From contig OX597817.1 of assembly GCA_951406725.2 (NCBI GenBank), positions 41,664,001 to 41,728,000 of the forward strand: DNA of 64,000 nt. Reading direction: 5' to 3'. Numbering within the stretch: position 1 is the first letter of the stretch; each line of letters begins with the position of its first letter. This stretch comes from Octopus vulgaris (taxonomy: Eukaryota). Shown here one piece after another: positions 35,761-47,542 of the stretch. A program made the position numbers and the translations under genes. Below the pieces are notes generated by a model. The model saw only the letters and a list, made by a program, of their open reading frames with translations, was not told where the DNA came from and did not search any database.

Positions 35761-36539
35761 ATGTACTTTTAAGAATAATAGCCAATCATTTACTTATGTT
35801 GTCATTCCATAGTGAGACTAGAGTCAAATTTATTGTAAAGATCGAGCTGACTGATACTTCATTATAATACATACATACATTTTTACATAAAAATGTCCAT
35901 GAAATAAATGCTGACTGACTGATTTGCTGAACCAGAATGCTTTACAAATAAATATCTTCAAGCACCACCTACTCACACAGTAGTGAAGTGAAAACATTAT
36001 CTCAGACAGAGACTACTACTTGCTACCAACATTTACTTTAACGACATATATTTCAATGTATATATAAATGTACCTTATGCACATTGACATCAATATGCAT
36101 GTTCTTATTGTCAGAATTTAATTAAATAATATTCTGACTTTAATTATTGTTCTTTTTTTTTCCCTTTTTTTTTGTTTTTGGCTTGCTTCCAAAAGAGGGG
36201 GGAAATGCATCCTGTATTTTATGAAATGTAAAAGCTATCCTCAAGCTATCATCATAAAAGAACTTAATGTTAAAGCTATTTAACAGTAATTAGCTATTTT
36301 AATTATGTTTTATCTATAAAAAAAAAGAGTGATTTCATTTACACTATTCATACTATATATTACATTTTTGAATTTATATTTTCTAACTTATGAAAAAGTT
36401 GAGTGAACAAAAAACGAAATTTTTTTGCATAAAATTTTAAATGAATGCAACTGAAATTTCTAAACACAATATGTATCATACATTACAGCTAAATAAAAAT
36501 AAATAGCACAACAGTCTACCAGTCTACAAGCATGGCTGC

Positions 36540-36875
36540 ATTTTTTCATTCACATCGATCTAGTTTCGAATTTAATGCCACCATGTAACACCTTCGATAA
36601 GTGTCATCTGCTAGAGAGAAATTGAAAGAAGTCTGTTATATTTATGTATGTCTCTCTGCCTTGATATGACATAATGGTTATGAGTGTTGCCATCATGGAA
36701 GTGGTGTCAACCATTTACAATTACCCGAGAAAACATGTCTGACCACGGGGAAATATCTTACTAACAGATGACATTTGGTAACAGGAAAGGAATCCATTTG
36801 TGGAAAGACCTACCTCTGCAAATTCCATCTCATCCATGCAAGCATCAAGAAATGAACACTAAAATAATAATGACT
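36540..36875 (+). mobile_element. Chimeric SINE (A head, RTE tail), old
   Basis: Decayed similarity to 5696-6075, ending CCATGCAAGCATC..AATAATAATGA. Confidence 0.55.
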
Positions 36876-37114
36876 ATTAAAGTCTGCTTTGGTTTTGAAG
36901 ATATCACTAGATTTTCAGTGGACAAACTTTGAATAATGGTAATTCCACATCATTTTAGCATCTACTTTCCCATACTTGGTTGCGTTGGATGAGATGCACT
37001 GAAACAGGATTTCTATGACTCATGCTTTTCCTAATGCTAACCCTCATCTGTTTGTAAGATGGAGAAATTTGTTTACAATTAGTGCACAATGTTAAGACAA
37101 GTGACAAAACAGGT

Positions 37115-37900
37115 CTCCTCAAGTATAGCATATTGCCAAAAATCATGGTCCTTTGTCATTGCCTCCATGAGGCCCAACGTTCAAATGTCATGCTTCACCA
37201 GCTCATCCTATGTCTTCCTGGGGTCTACCTCTTCCATGGGTTCCCTCAACAGTTAGAGATTGGTACTTCTTTACACAGCTGTCCTTGTCCATATGCAGAT
37301 GTCTCTCTTGCACACCACATCTGATGACTTATGCCCAGCTTTTCTCTCAAGATGCTTACACTTGTGCATACACACTGATATTGCACACCCAGTGAAGCAT
37401 GCTAGCTACATTTCTTAAAAGCCTATGCATGTCTTCAGCAGTCACAGCCCATGTTTCACTGCCATGTAGCATGACTGTTCACACAGAGGTATCACACAGT
37501 CTGCCTTTTAACTCTTAGGACAAGGCCCTTTGGGCCCTCTGCTACCAACAGAGGTAGGAGCTCTCTGAACTTTTCCCAGCCTCTTCTTATTCTTGCAGCT
37601 ATGCTCTCAGAGCATCCACCTCCACTACTGACTTGGTCACTGGGATAACGGAAGCTATCAATTACTTCAAGCTTTCCCCCCTGGCATTGGATAGAGTCGA
37701 TTTTCTGTACAATTTTAGTGTTTATTTTACCTGTGGACTTTCCATATGAAAAAGCTATTCTCCCTGTTAACATTCCTCTGATATTGCTGCATCTCTCATG
37801 TATCCATAGCTTGCACTGGGTACATTGTATGGAGTTTCTACCTATGCCTTTTCTACAGATCAAGCAGGGCCATCTACCTGAAGGGATTTGTGATTTGTCC
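37115..37900 (-). mobile_element. RTE LINE fragment with PHD-like zinc finger, nested in a chimeric SINE
   Basis: ORF part PSGRWPCLICRKGIGRNSIQCTQCKLWIHERCS..LEVIDSFRY..GGGCSESIAARIRRGWEKFRELLPLL; SINE tail at 36947-37110 and head at 38100-38245. Confidence 0.88.
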
Positions 37901-37904
37901 ACGC

Positions 37905-38072
37905 ATATACATGTACATACATACATACATATATATACACATACATACATATATACACATACATACATACATACATATACACATACATACATACATACAT
38001 ACATACATACATACATACATACACACACACATACATACATACATACATACATATATACACACACACACACAC
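37905..38072. repeat. (TACA)n compound microsatellite
   Basis: Read directly; source of several spurious ORFs. Confidence 0.95.
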
Positions 38073-38692
38073 ATCCATCCATGCACATATATATTGACAC
38101 ACATGCAGGCTCCTTTTCAGTTTTGTCAAACAAATTCATTCACAAGCCTTTGGTTGGCCTGGGATTACAGAAAACCACTTGCCCAAACTGCATTGTATGG
38201 GAACTGAACCCAAAATCACTTGGTTGCAAAGCTACACAGCCATATCTGTAATATCTGAAGTTATAAATAGTGAGTTTATTTTGCCAAACACAAGGGTATT
38301 ATTTTATTGAAGATGAATTGAACCAATATACCACTAGTACATAATTTGAATAACTTTGAACAGAATGGTGAGCTTGCTGAATCTATTTCAGTGCTTTGAT
38401 GAGTTGAGTGCAGTGTTCCATTGATTTTCAATCAAAAATACATGATGGGGTTTCATTATACGTTAGAGTATATAAGTGAATTTTAAGGGGAGGCTGGTGG
38501 TATGTAGTGATTATTATCTAATCACCATCACTTCTTTGTGTCCGTCAACATGATATTTAATTTCAAAATGGCACAGCCCATCCAGCTGTGAATAGGTATT
38601 GCAACGGTAGAATAATACTCACACACACACAAGACACACATGAACACCACACACATATATATATATATATATGCATGTGTGTGTGTGTACAT

Positions 38693-38731
<39 letters not shown>

Positions 38732-39935
38732 TACATACAGTGAGAGCATTTATGAAAATTGAATTAACTATAAGAAATAATGAGGGATTTTTATCAGTTT
38801 TCAAATCAAAACTCATGAAATGTAAGGAATTAGGTACATGCTGTGTTTATTAATTTATTTTCAATTAGATATTCTAACAAAGAAGCCGATATTCAGGTAG
38901 ATATTCAAAATCAGTACTGAGAAGCCTTTACATAGCTGAATGGTTGTGCAATTATTGTGAAATTGCAATTATGGAGGATATATCAGTAATGATATAAGAA
39001 ATGTTATGCATCTGGTGGAATTACTTGTGTAATAGATTTCTTGAAAGAAATAGCCATCCCTTTTAACAATAGCTTGCACTTGCAGAAACTACTACATGAA
39101 TTTTTTTCTGCTTGATACTTTGGAAGTATTGTTAATGTGTTGTCTTGTAAAATTTTCTGTCTGTTTTTGTTCAATGGTACAATGAACTTTGTTTTGTGAC
39201 TTCAAGTATTTAGATAAATCATTGAAACAGGTGTTCTAAACTAGATGCTTTATGTTCATCTAAACCAAAATTCTAAGTAATTTAAGCTGAAGATTCTATT
39301 CTTAATGCAAAACGAGCGGCCTTCAATATAAGCATATGATTAACAGAGTAGTCGGAGATTGTTATGAAAAATGGAAATGCCACAACTGTATCAATAAAGA
39401 TTAATTATGTCTAACGATCCTTGCCTACTGTGGTTAAAATCTGTAGTTCTTATTTTAGAAATGGAAGATATTTGTTTTATTAATTTTTTCTGCTTGGTTA
39501 TTAAGTCCACAGTTTGATTTAAAGTATTTATCTAACTATGGCATACATTTACCAAGATATTTCAATTTAAAAAAAAATTTTATCATCATTCTTTGAATCC
39601 TTTGACAGACATACTTAATCACAGTGCAAAAGACAGTTGACAACATATTCCACAACATTCCTTCTCTATAGAAATTCCATTCTTAAAGATTTTAAAACTA
39701 GGAAGAATACTAAATGCAAGCAGATACTGAGAAGACTCTGATAATGGAAAACATTAGAATGCAAAAAATATTTTTTAATATAATTGTCCCTTAGATTTTC
39801 AAAAGTAATGGGAATATGAAGAGAGAAAAAATGGAGGATTCCAATACAAAAAAGATAACCTACATAGCAAAAGTGATAAACAGCAATACTTCGTACATTT
39901 CTCCCAAATATTAACTCCTCACTGAGATATATGTT

Positions 39936-40131
39936 CGATCTTTTACTTGTTTCAGTCATTGGACTGCAGCCGTGCTGGGAGACCACCTTCAATGGTTTGG
40001 TCAAGCAAATTAATCCCAGTACTTAGTTTTTAAAGTTTGGTACTTATTATATCAATCTCTTTTGATAAACTGTTCAGTTATGGGAACATAAATCAACACT
40101 GGTTGTCAAGTAGGAGCACAGACAGACACAA

Positions 40132-40150
<19 letters not shown>
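39936..40150 (-). mobile_element. SINE family A, 3' half
   Basis: TCTTTTACTTGTTTCAGTCATTGGACTGCAGCC..GTTATGGGAACATAAA. Confidence 0.8.
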
Positions 40151-40176
<26 letters not shown>

Positions 40177-40378
40177 GTGCCAAATCAAATAAACAAATAA
40201 AAACAGACAACATGAGGACATGCATAAGAGATGTATTAGGTTGATGCTTGGTAAAAAGGAGAGTTTGACATTTTGAGCATAGCTGTCCATCAGAAAGGAG
40301 AAATGGAAAAGTCCAAAGAAGGAAAAGAAATCGCCAACACATCATGTGTAGTTTACATTGCTGAAACTTATATATATA

Positions 40379-41664
40379 TACTGGGTCATCCCATAAATAT
40401 ATATATATATATACTGGGTCATCCAGTTAATAATACGCTTTTTTCAATTGTATGAACTAGAAGTTGGAGGTGGGTAGGATAAACTACCTGCATCAACTTG
40501 CTATAAAAGCGGGTAGTAATTTTACCTTGTGCTTATTCTTAGTGCAAGTTTTGAAGAGTGCAGTTTGACTTTAAGTTATTTATTCAAAGCTATAATGGAA
40601 GTGACAAAGGAGCAGATTTGGCATATTTTGCTTTATGAGTTCAATAAAGGCAACAATGCAACAGAAAGTGCAAGGAATAATAATGCAGTATATGGGGATT
40701 GGACACTAAGCATAAGCCAGTGTCGACGGTGGTTCCAGATATTCCGAGCCAGAAATTATAGCCCAGAAGACAAGTCTTGTCCTAGAAGATCTGTAGAGCT
40801 CGACGAGGATGTCCTGAAAACCCTGGCATAACAAAATCCCATTATAACTGTTGAATAACTAGCAGAGAAGCTTGGATTTGGTCATTCAACCATTCATTGA
40901 CACCTGCATGCCATCGGAAATGTCAGCAAATTGGGTCAATGGGTTCTTCACAAACTTTCTGAGTCTAATCTCACGCAGGGTGAATGTGTGCCCTTCTTTG
41001 CTGTCATGTCTCACGAATGAACCTTTTTTGGACAGCATAGTGACTGGTGATGAGAAATGAGTTCTCTATACAAATGTCAAGCGCCAAAGACAATAGGTAG
41101 GGAAAGGAGAAACACCATCATCCCAGCCTGAAGAAAGGTTTTACCCACATATGGTGTTGTTATCTGTTTGGTAGGATATTAAAGGTTTAGTCCATTTTGA
41201 AATTTTAAACCCAAACCAAATTATAATAAAGATCTACTGCGAGCAACTTAAGTCTAGAAGAAAAACAATCATCTTTGGTATTGAAGACGAAAGGTGTTCT
41301 TCCATCAGGATAATGTTCAGCCACAAACAGTAAGGATAACATTCCAAAGACTGGAACAGTTTGAATTGGAAATGATGCCCCACCCACCATATTCGCCGGA
41401 CATTGCCCCATCTGATTATCATTTATTTTGCAGTCTTCAAAATTATTTGGTCGGCAAAAATATGAATTCTGTAAATGAGGATAGAACAGTACCGAAGGAG
41501 TATTTTTCATTACAGACAAATGAATTTTAGAAGAGGCACCTTGCAAGTCTACCAGACAGATGGAAGAGCATTGTAGAAAATGAAGAGGAGTATATTTTAG
41601 ATTAAAAAGGAAATTCGTTTATCTTAATTTTGAAAAAAATGCATTATTTATGGGATGACCCAAT
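40379..41664 (+). mobile_element. Tc1/mariner transposon (mariner family), full length, inactive
   Basis: TIRs TA-CTGGGTCATCCCATAAATA.. and ..TATTTATGGGATGACCCAAT; about 1.28 kb; left end lies in a (TA)n tract. Confidence 0.95.
40595..41605 (+). pseudogene. Mariner DD34D transposase pseudogene
   Basis: MEVTKEQIWHILLYEF.., QWVLHKL (WVPHEL), IVTGDEK, FHQDN, HPPYSPDIAPSDYHLF, LPDRW..EYILD*; multiple stops and frameshifts. Confidence 0.95.
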
Positions 41665-41667
41665 TTG

Positions 41668-41847
41668 CTAGACAGACACTGTATGAAAGTCCATACATAT
41701 TGTTGTGCTCCAGCATGGCTGCAGTCAAATGACTGAAACAAGTAAAAGAATAAACATTCTTTTATTCTTTTACGTGTTTCAGTCATTTGACTGCAGCCAT
41801 ACTGGAGCACAACAATATGTATGGACTTTCATACAGTGTCTGTCTAG
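41668..41847. repeat. 180-bp fold-back palindrome made of a SINE A tail
   Basis: 87-bp arms with 2 mismatches and a 6-nt loop CATTCT; right arm continues as a minus-strand SINE to about 41955. Confidence 0.95.
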
Positions 41848-42664
41848 TAAATTCACTCATAAGGTATTAGGTTGACCCAGGGCTATAGTAGAAGACATTG
41901 AACCTGAAAACCCTGTGTTTGCACAAGTTTCTTAACCATACAGCCAAGCAAGCACCTCTGTACATTACTACTTCACAAGTTTTGTAAAGTAACGTGACAA
42001 TAAAAGTACAAATCCAAAGGAATTTTCTGAAATTAAATTTGATGAAATAAATTTAGGAAAAACATTAAAAAGGAAAGGAAAACTAGAAAACCATTTTAGG
42101 AAGCAATTTCTATATTTTCTGTCAATATAACAATTACATTTTCACCACAAGATTTCCCAACTGAGAATAAAGGAAGGACTCCTAAAAGCTTTCCCAATCT
42201 GATTTCAAGTCTATACAAAAATTTAAATCAAACTATAAGATATACAAGTAATCTGCTGATATTTATATTTCTCTGCTTTCATAATGTAAGATCATTTTAT
42301 GGAGAAATACAGCAGTGAGTTACCATTTGTTTGTGATACTTCATCATCCATCTGACAGTTAAGAGAAAACTACAAATTTTATTTGTAAATATTTTTCAGT
42401 TATAAATTCACTTAAAAAAGGAGGGGGGTAGGTTGCAAAAATGCTTACTTTCAAATAGTTTATATAACTTAAATTATGATAGTCTTTTTGTTTTTTTGTT
42501 TTTTTTTTTGCACAACGTATATCCTTCGTGGAAACAAAAAACCTGAAACTATATCTAGAAACTACTATTAAATTTAGACAACTTTTTATCCATACTTATC
42601 AAATTCTGATGCAAGTCAAAAATGCATCACCCCCAAGCCAAAATACTTCAACACTTTTTGTCAT

Positions 42665-43415
42665 AGGTATGGCTGTGCAGTTCAGAAGTTCACTTAACAA
42701 CCATGTATTTCTAGTTTCATTTCCATAGTCTACAACAGATCTGGGTTGATCACTGACATGTAAGTTAATCTAGTAAATGGAAACTATGTTGAAGTTTGTT
42801 GCATGTATGTATGTATGTACATATACAGTATTTTACTGTATATAAGGGACCTCCTAATTTTGGGGGCATAAAATTTGGAACAAAGGTTTTATAAGGGATT
42901 ATAATATACAGTAAAGATTGTTTGCCAACATAACATGGCAGTCCTGGTTTAGGACAAATGTTGCTGTAATTTAGCCATAGGAGACATTGTCTCCAGCTGG
43001 CTATACAACGATGTCTCCTGGGGCTAAATCACAGCAACATTTGTCCTAAACCAGGACTGCCATGCTACATTGGCAAACAATCTTTACTCCAAAGTTGCTG
43101 AATATCTCTCATTGTGAGATTTCAAAATAGTAATTTTCTGGATTATAATACTATCCATGTACAAGAAACTCCCATACTTTTTTAACCCAATTTTTGACAT
43201 AAAAAGGTTCCTTATATATGTTAAAATATAGCATATGCCTACCTGTGTATGTGTCTCATACAGTGTCTCAACCAGTGTTGGTTTGCTTACATCCCTGTAA
43301 CTTAAAGTTCAGCAAAAAGAAACATCTGACCTTAAAACGGTACTGGAGTCAATTTGATGGAGTAAGCCTATAAAAGTTGGTGCCCCAGCGTGCACACGGT
43401 CCAGTGACTAAAATC
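42665..43415 (+). mobile_element. Old SINE A containing a pogo/Tigger-like MITE (about 42827-43232)
   Basis: SINE head at 42665-42820 and tail at 43235-43415; inner TIRs CAGTATTTTACTGTATATAAGG and CCTTATATATGTTAAAATATAG with adjacent TA. Confidence 0.7.
42910..43088. repeat. 179-bp palindromic insertion, arms about 80 bp
   Basis: AGTAAAGATTGTTTGCCAA..CATGGCAGTCCTGGTTTAGGACAAATGTTGCTG..AGGAGACAT mirrored with few mismatches. Confidence 0.93.
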
Positions 43416-43719
43416 CATAACAATTACGAGTATTTACAATTTCCAATAAATCAAGAGTAATAAATCTGATATATTTCTCCCTCTAAATCTAAATTTAAAC
43501 ATGGCCAAATCTATGTTATACCAACATACAATCATTGTCAAGTTAAAATACTGATTAATTAAACTAAGAAAGATTAAGTAAAGACCCCCACCCCCACCCT
43601 TCTGTGTTTGTGTGCTTTGTAATTAGCAAGTTTAAATATCTCAAGTGGTGGTGCTTAAACAAGTATTATTATTTCACCCTGGTGGCAAATAAATGAAATC
43701 ATTATTATTATTACTATTA

Positions 43720-44089
43720 TTGGTGAGCTGGTACAGTTGTTAGCACGCTGGGGGAAATGCTTGTCTGCTGATACATTCTGGGTTCAACTTTGCCTTTCAT
43801 CCTTTTGGGGTCGATAAAACAAATACCAGTTGAACACTGGGGTCAATGTAGTAATCGACTCATCCCCTCCCCAAAATGGCTGTCCTTATGGCAAAATTTG
43901 AAACCATCATCATTATTATTATTATTATTTAAGGCGGCAAGCTGACAGGATCGTTAGTATGCTGGATGAGATGCTTAGCGGTATTTCACCAGTGAAACAC
44001 TGGGGTTGATGTAATCGACTAGTCCCCTCCCACCAAATTTCAGGTCTTATGCTTATAATAAAATGGATTATTATTATTATTATTGTCAT

Positions 44090-44123
<34 letters not shown>

Positions 44124-44360
44124 TGATAATAATAATAATAATAACAACAACAATAATAAGCATGTTGGGCAAAAAGCTTAGCCACATTTCTTCCAACTCT
44201 TCACTTTCTGAGTTCAAATCCTGCTGAAGTTACCTTTGTGCTCACTCTACTAGGGTTGATTAAAATAAAATACCAGTCAGGTAGTGGGGTCAATGCAATT
44301 GACTTGATCACCCAACCACTACTCAGAATTGCTGGCCTTGTACCAAAATTGGAAAGGATT
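43720..44360 (+). mobile_element. Three tandem SINE B copies separated by (ATT)n/(AAT)n
   Basis: Family B motifs at about 43720, 43931 (internally deleted) and 44160. Confidence 0.8.
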
Positions 44361-44404
44361 ATTATTATTACTATTATTATTATTATTATTATTATTACTA
44401 CTAC

Positions 44405-44779
44405 TACCTTTGCCTTAGTGAAGGTGGAGGTATTGTTTTCTGTTGTGTTTGTTTGTTTGTCCATGGACAAGATATCTCAAGAACCACTGGATAGATTCGG
44501 ATGAAACTTTCAGGGATGTTTGGCCTCATGACTGGCCCAAACTGATTAGATTTTGGGATTGATCTGGTACCGGATAAGGATTCTGGATTACTTTTTCTGT
44601 TTGTTTGTTTTTTTACTTAATTTTTGAGAGCAGGCAGGTTCACTTTTAGTATTCTCATTTGTGAGAGCAGTCGAGTTTATTTCAGATATTCTCATTTTAA
44701 AAATCATCTCCGGCTAATCGTTGAGAGGACGTTGGTCTTCCTTGGCAGAGGTTTGTGCTCTCTGAGTTCTCATTTTATC
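44405..44779 (+). mobile_element. Helentron-associated non-autonomous element (HINE/DINE-1-like)
   Basis: 5' subTIR ACCTTTGCC with nearby inverted GGTGGAGGT, (GTTT)n, 3' subTIR TTGGCAGAGGT and terminal hairpin GTGCTC-TCT-GAGTTC. Confidence 0.7.
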
Positions 44780-45315
44780 ATTAAAATTACAAAGACTTTG
44801 ATAGAAACCAATAAAGCATGTTCTTTTACTCCATTTTTGACATCAGGTGGTAGAAAATGATTAAGAGATGTATAAAGGTATTCCTAATCTAGTTACAACT
44901 AGTTAAATGATGCATTTCTCATAGTCAACACACAAAATGACAAAGTTGTATCAAATAAAAACACTGCAAATATGTGATTAGTTAATATTGTGTTTATTAT
45001 CTAGATAATCATATTTAGTTTTGCTTCTAACAGCTGGCAATAAAAGGAAATTATTAACTTGATAGGATTTTTGAAACAACTGCATTCCTGTCACTGATGA
45101 ATTTAACATGACAGCTAACGAAAACAAAAATCCATTCTCAGCAAAATTTCCTAATAAAAATGTATAGAATATTAAACATAGAACATCGGGTTTTCAAGTT
45201 GTTGGGCTTTATGGATGAGATAATAAAAGATAATTGTGAAGAATATCGATATTAGACAGTGGAACACACCTAATCAATGCCAAAAAAGGAACATGATGTT
45301 ATAATTTTTTATTGT

Positions 45316-45709
45316 TTCTTTATCTTTTACTTGTTTCAGTTATTTGACTGTGGCCATGCTGGAGCACTGTCACAAAGGATTTTAGTTGAACAAATTGGCC
45401 CCAGTGCGTTTTTTTTTAAGCCTGGTACTTTTTCTGTTGATCTCTTTTGCTGAACTGCTATGTTATGGGACATAAACACAACCAGCACCAGCTGTCAAGC
45501 GGTGGTGGGGAACAAATAGAGGCACAAACACACACACACACATAACTAGAAGTTTCTTCCTGTTTCTGCCTACCAAATCTGCTCACAAGGCTTTGGTCAA
45601 ATCAAGGCTATAGTAGAACTCACTTGCTCAAGGTACAACACAGTAGGACTGAATCCAGAACCATGTAGTTGAGAACCTAACTGCTTACCACACAACCACT
45701 CCTGTGCCT
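45316..45709 (-). mobile_element. SINE family A
   Basis: Full-length reverse-complement copy. Confidence 0.9.
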
Positions 45710-45721
45710 AAAAAGTAAGAT

Positions 45722-45792
45722 GCTTACAGTACCTAGTTTTTCCAAGCAGTCACCTATCTAAGTACTAATGAAGCTTGAGATTAGTTAACATC
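45722..45792 (-). pseudogene. 5S rRNA-derived fragment (3' part)
   Basis: Minus strand TTAGTACTTAGATAGGTGACTGCTTGGAAAAACTAGGTACTGTAAGC resembles metazoan 5S TTAGTACTTGGATGGGxGACCGCCTGGGAATACCGGGTGCTGTAGGC (consensus recalled from memory). Confidence 0.75.
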
Positions 45793-45793
45793 A

Positions 45794-46168
45794 GGCGCAG
45801 GAGTGGCTGTGTGGTAAGTAGCTTGCTTATCAACCACATGGTTCCGGGTTCAGTCCCACTACATGGCACCTTGGGCAAGTGTCTTCTACGATAGCCTCAG
45901 GCTGACCAAAGCCTTGTGAGTGGATTTGGTAGATGGAAGCTGAAAGAAGCCTGTCGTATATATGTGTGTGTGTGTCTGTGTTTGTCCCCCCAACATTGCT
46001 TGACAACCAATGCTGGTGTGTTTACATCCCCGTAACTTAGCGGTTCAGCAAAAGAGACCGATAAAATAGTACTAGGCTTACAAAGAATAAGTCCTGGGGT
46101 CGATTTGCTCAACTAAAGGCGGTACTCCAGCACGGCCACAGTCAAATGACTGAAACGAGTAAAAGAGT
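45794..46168 (+). mobile_element. SINE family A, full length, well preserved
   Basis: GGCGCAGGAGTGGCTGTGTGGTAAG..GGTTCAGTCCC..CAGTCAAATGACTGAAACGAGTAAAAGAG. Confidence 0.93.
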
Positions 46169-46977
46169 CTGTGTGGCTTAATGAATATAAGCGGAAATCA
46201 TCCTGAGATTTTTGTTCCACCCTATGAGATGAAAAAAAAAACAAATTTTTGTTCTACTCTACGAAATAAGATTTTAGTTCAACTCGGTGAGATGAAAAAT
46301 ATAGTAATGAAGATGATGAGAAATATATTCACAGGTTTTACTACTTGCTAATTTAAAAGCCCTGCTTTTGCAGCTGATATAATTTGAAACAGAGTAATAT
46401 AAAGTTTAATGAAGTACATTAGGTACAAAGAGTACATTAACTATAATTTTTAAAATATATAGTCTTAGCAAAGGAAGGTATCTAATTTGTTTTGAACTCT
46501 TCAATGGAAGAGATTCTCATATATGATGTTCTGTGAATCTGCCTTTTTAATATTACTAAATGATAAAGAATTGAGTCAATCAAGGGGGGAAAAAAGTACT
46601 GGAAGAGATCAATCTTATAAAAAGATTCCAAATTTGAAACATAGATTTTTTTTCTACATATATATACTCTTATTTCTGTAAACTAATGTAGGTTTGCATG
46701 TGCGGACCTAATGCAATTACTATTATTTGGGAATTCTAAATTTCCCAGTATTAGTGAGAAAATTGCAAAAACCAATTTGGAGAACGATAATGAAGTTAGG
46801 AAATTTTGTTTGATTAAATGGTGCAGAGTTTCTGACTTTCCTTAGGTTTCATAAAGCAGAGTATGAGTGTCCTCCTGAGATACATTGTAGGGTATCCACA
46901 CAGATGGTTTCAATAATGTTAGGAAGATTACAATTTCTAAACTTGTGGTTTCATGGTATTTACATTGACTCCTCCTC

Positions 46978-47542
46978 CTCATCGTCATCATTTAACGATC
47001 CATTTTCCAAGCTGGCATGGATTGGATAGCTTGGCAGGAGCTGGCAAGGCCATGGGCTACACCAGGTTCCAAAGTCTGTTTTGGTTAAGTTTCTATAGCT
47101 GGATGTCCTTCCTAACACCAACCACTTTACAGAGTGTATTGAGTGATTCAAACATGGCACCAGCATCAATGCTTATTATGTGGCACCATCATCAGTGCTT
47201 TTTATGTAGCACCATCATCAGTGCTGTTTATGTGGCACCATCATCAGTGCTTTTAATGTGGCACCATCATCAGTGCTTTTAATGTGGCACCATCATCAGT
47301 GCTTTTAATGTGGCACCATCATCAGTGCTTTTAATGTGTACTTTCTATGTGGCACCATCAGTACTTTCTATGTGGCACCATCACCGGTGCTTTTGACAAG
47401 GCACCAGCATCAGTGCTTTTTATGTGGCACTATCATCAGTGCATATTATGTGGCACCATCATCGGTGCTTTTTGACATGGCACCAGCATCAATGCTTTTT
47501 ATGTGACACTATCATCAGTGCATATTATGTGGCACCAGCATA
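46978..47542 (-). mobile_element. RTE LINE 3'-UTR fragment carrying an expanded minisatellite
   Basis: Family C motifs at 46978-47150, then the tandem array. Confidence 0.85.
47153..47542. repeat. 26-bp minisatellite, about 15 units (TGTGGCACCATCATCAGTGCTTTTAA)
   Basis: Read directly; contiguous units with no spacers. Confidence 0.95.

Noticed and set aside
37492-38251. Longest ORFs (215 aa and 177 aa) as host genes
   Set aside because: They are made of stop-free microsatellite plus LINE and SINE sequence.
40595-41605. SETMAR or an active transposase gene
   Set aside because: No SET domain, multiple stops and frameshifts, and flanking TIRs: a dead transposon.
45722-45792. Functional 5S rRNA gene
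   Set aside because: The 5' part (about 45 nt) is missing, there are many substitutions, and it is not in an array.
45794-45870. tRNA gene
   Set aside because: A/B-box-like motifs belong to SINE heads; no convincing cloverleaf.
47153-47542. CRISPR-like array of 26-bp partly palindromic repeats
   Set aside because: Units are contiguous with no unique spacers, there are no cas genes, the context is eukaryotic, and the unit derives from a LINE UTR.
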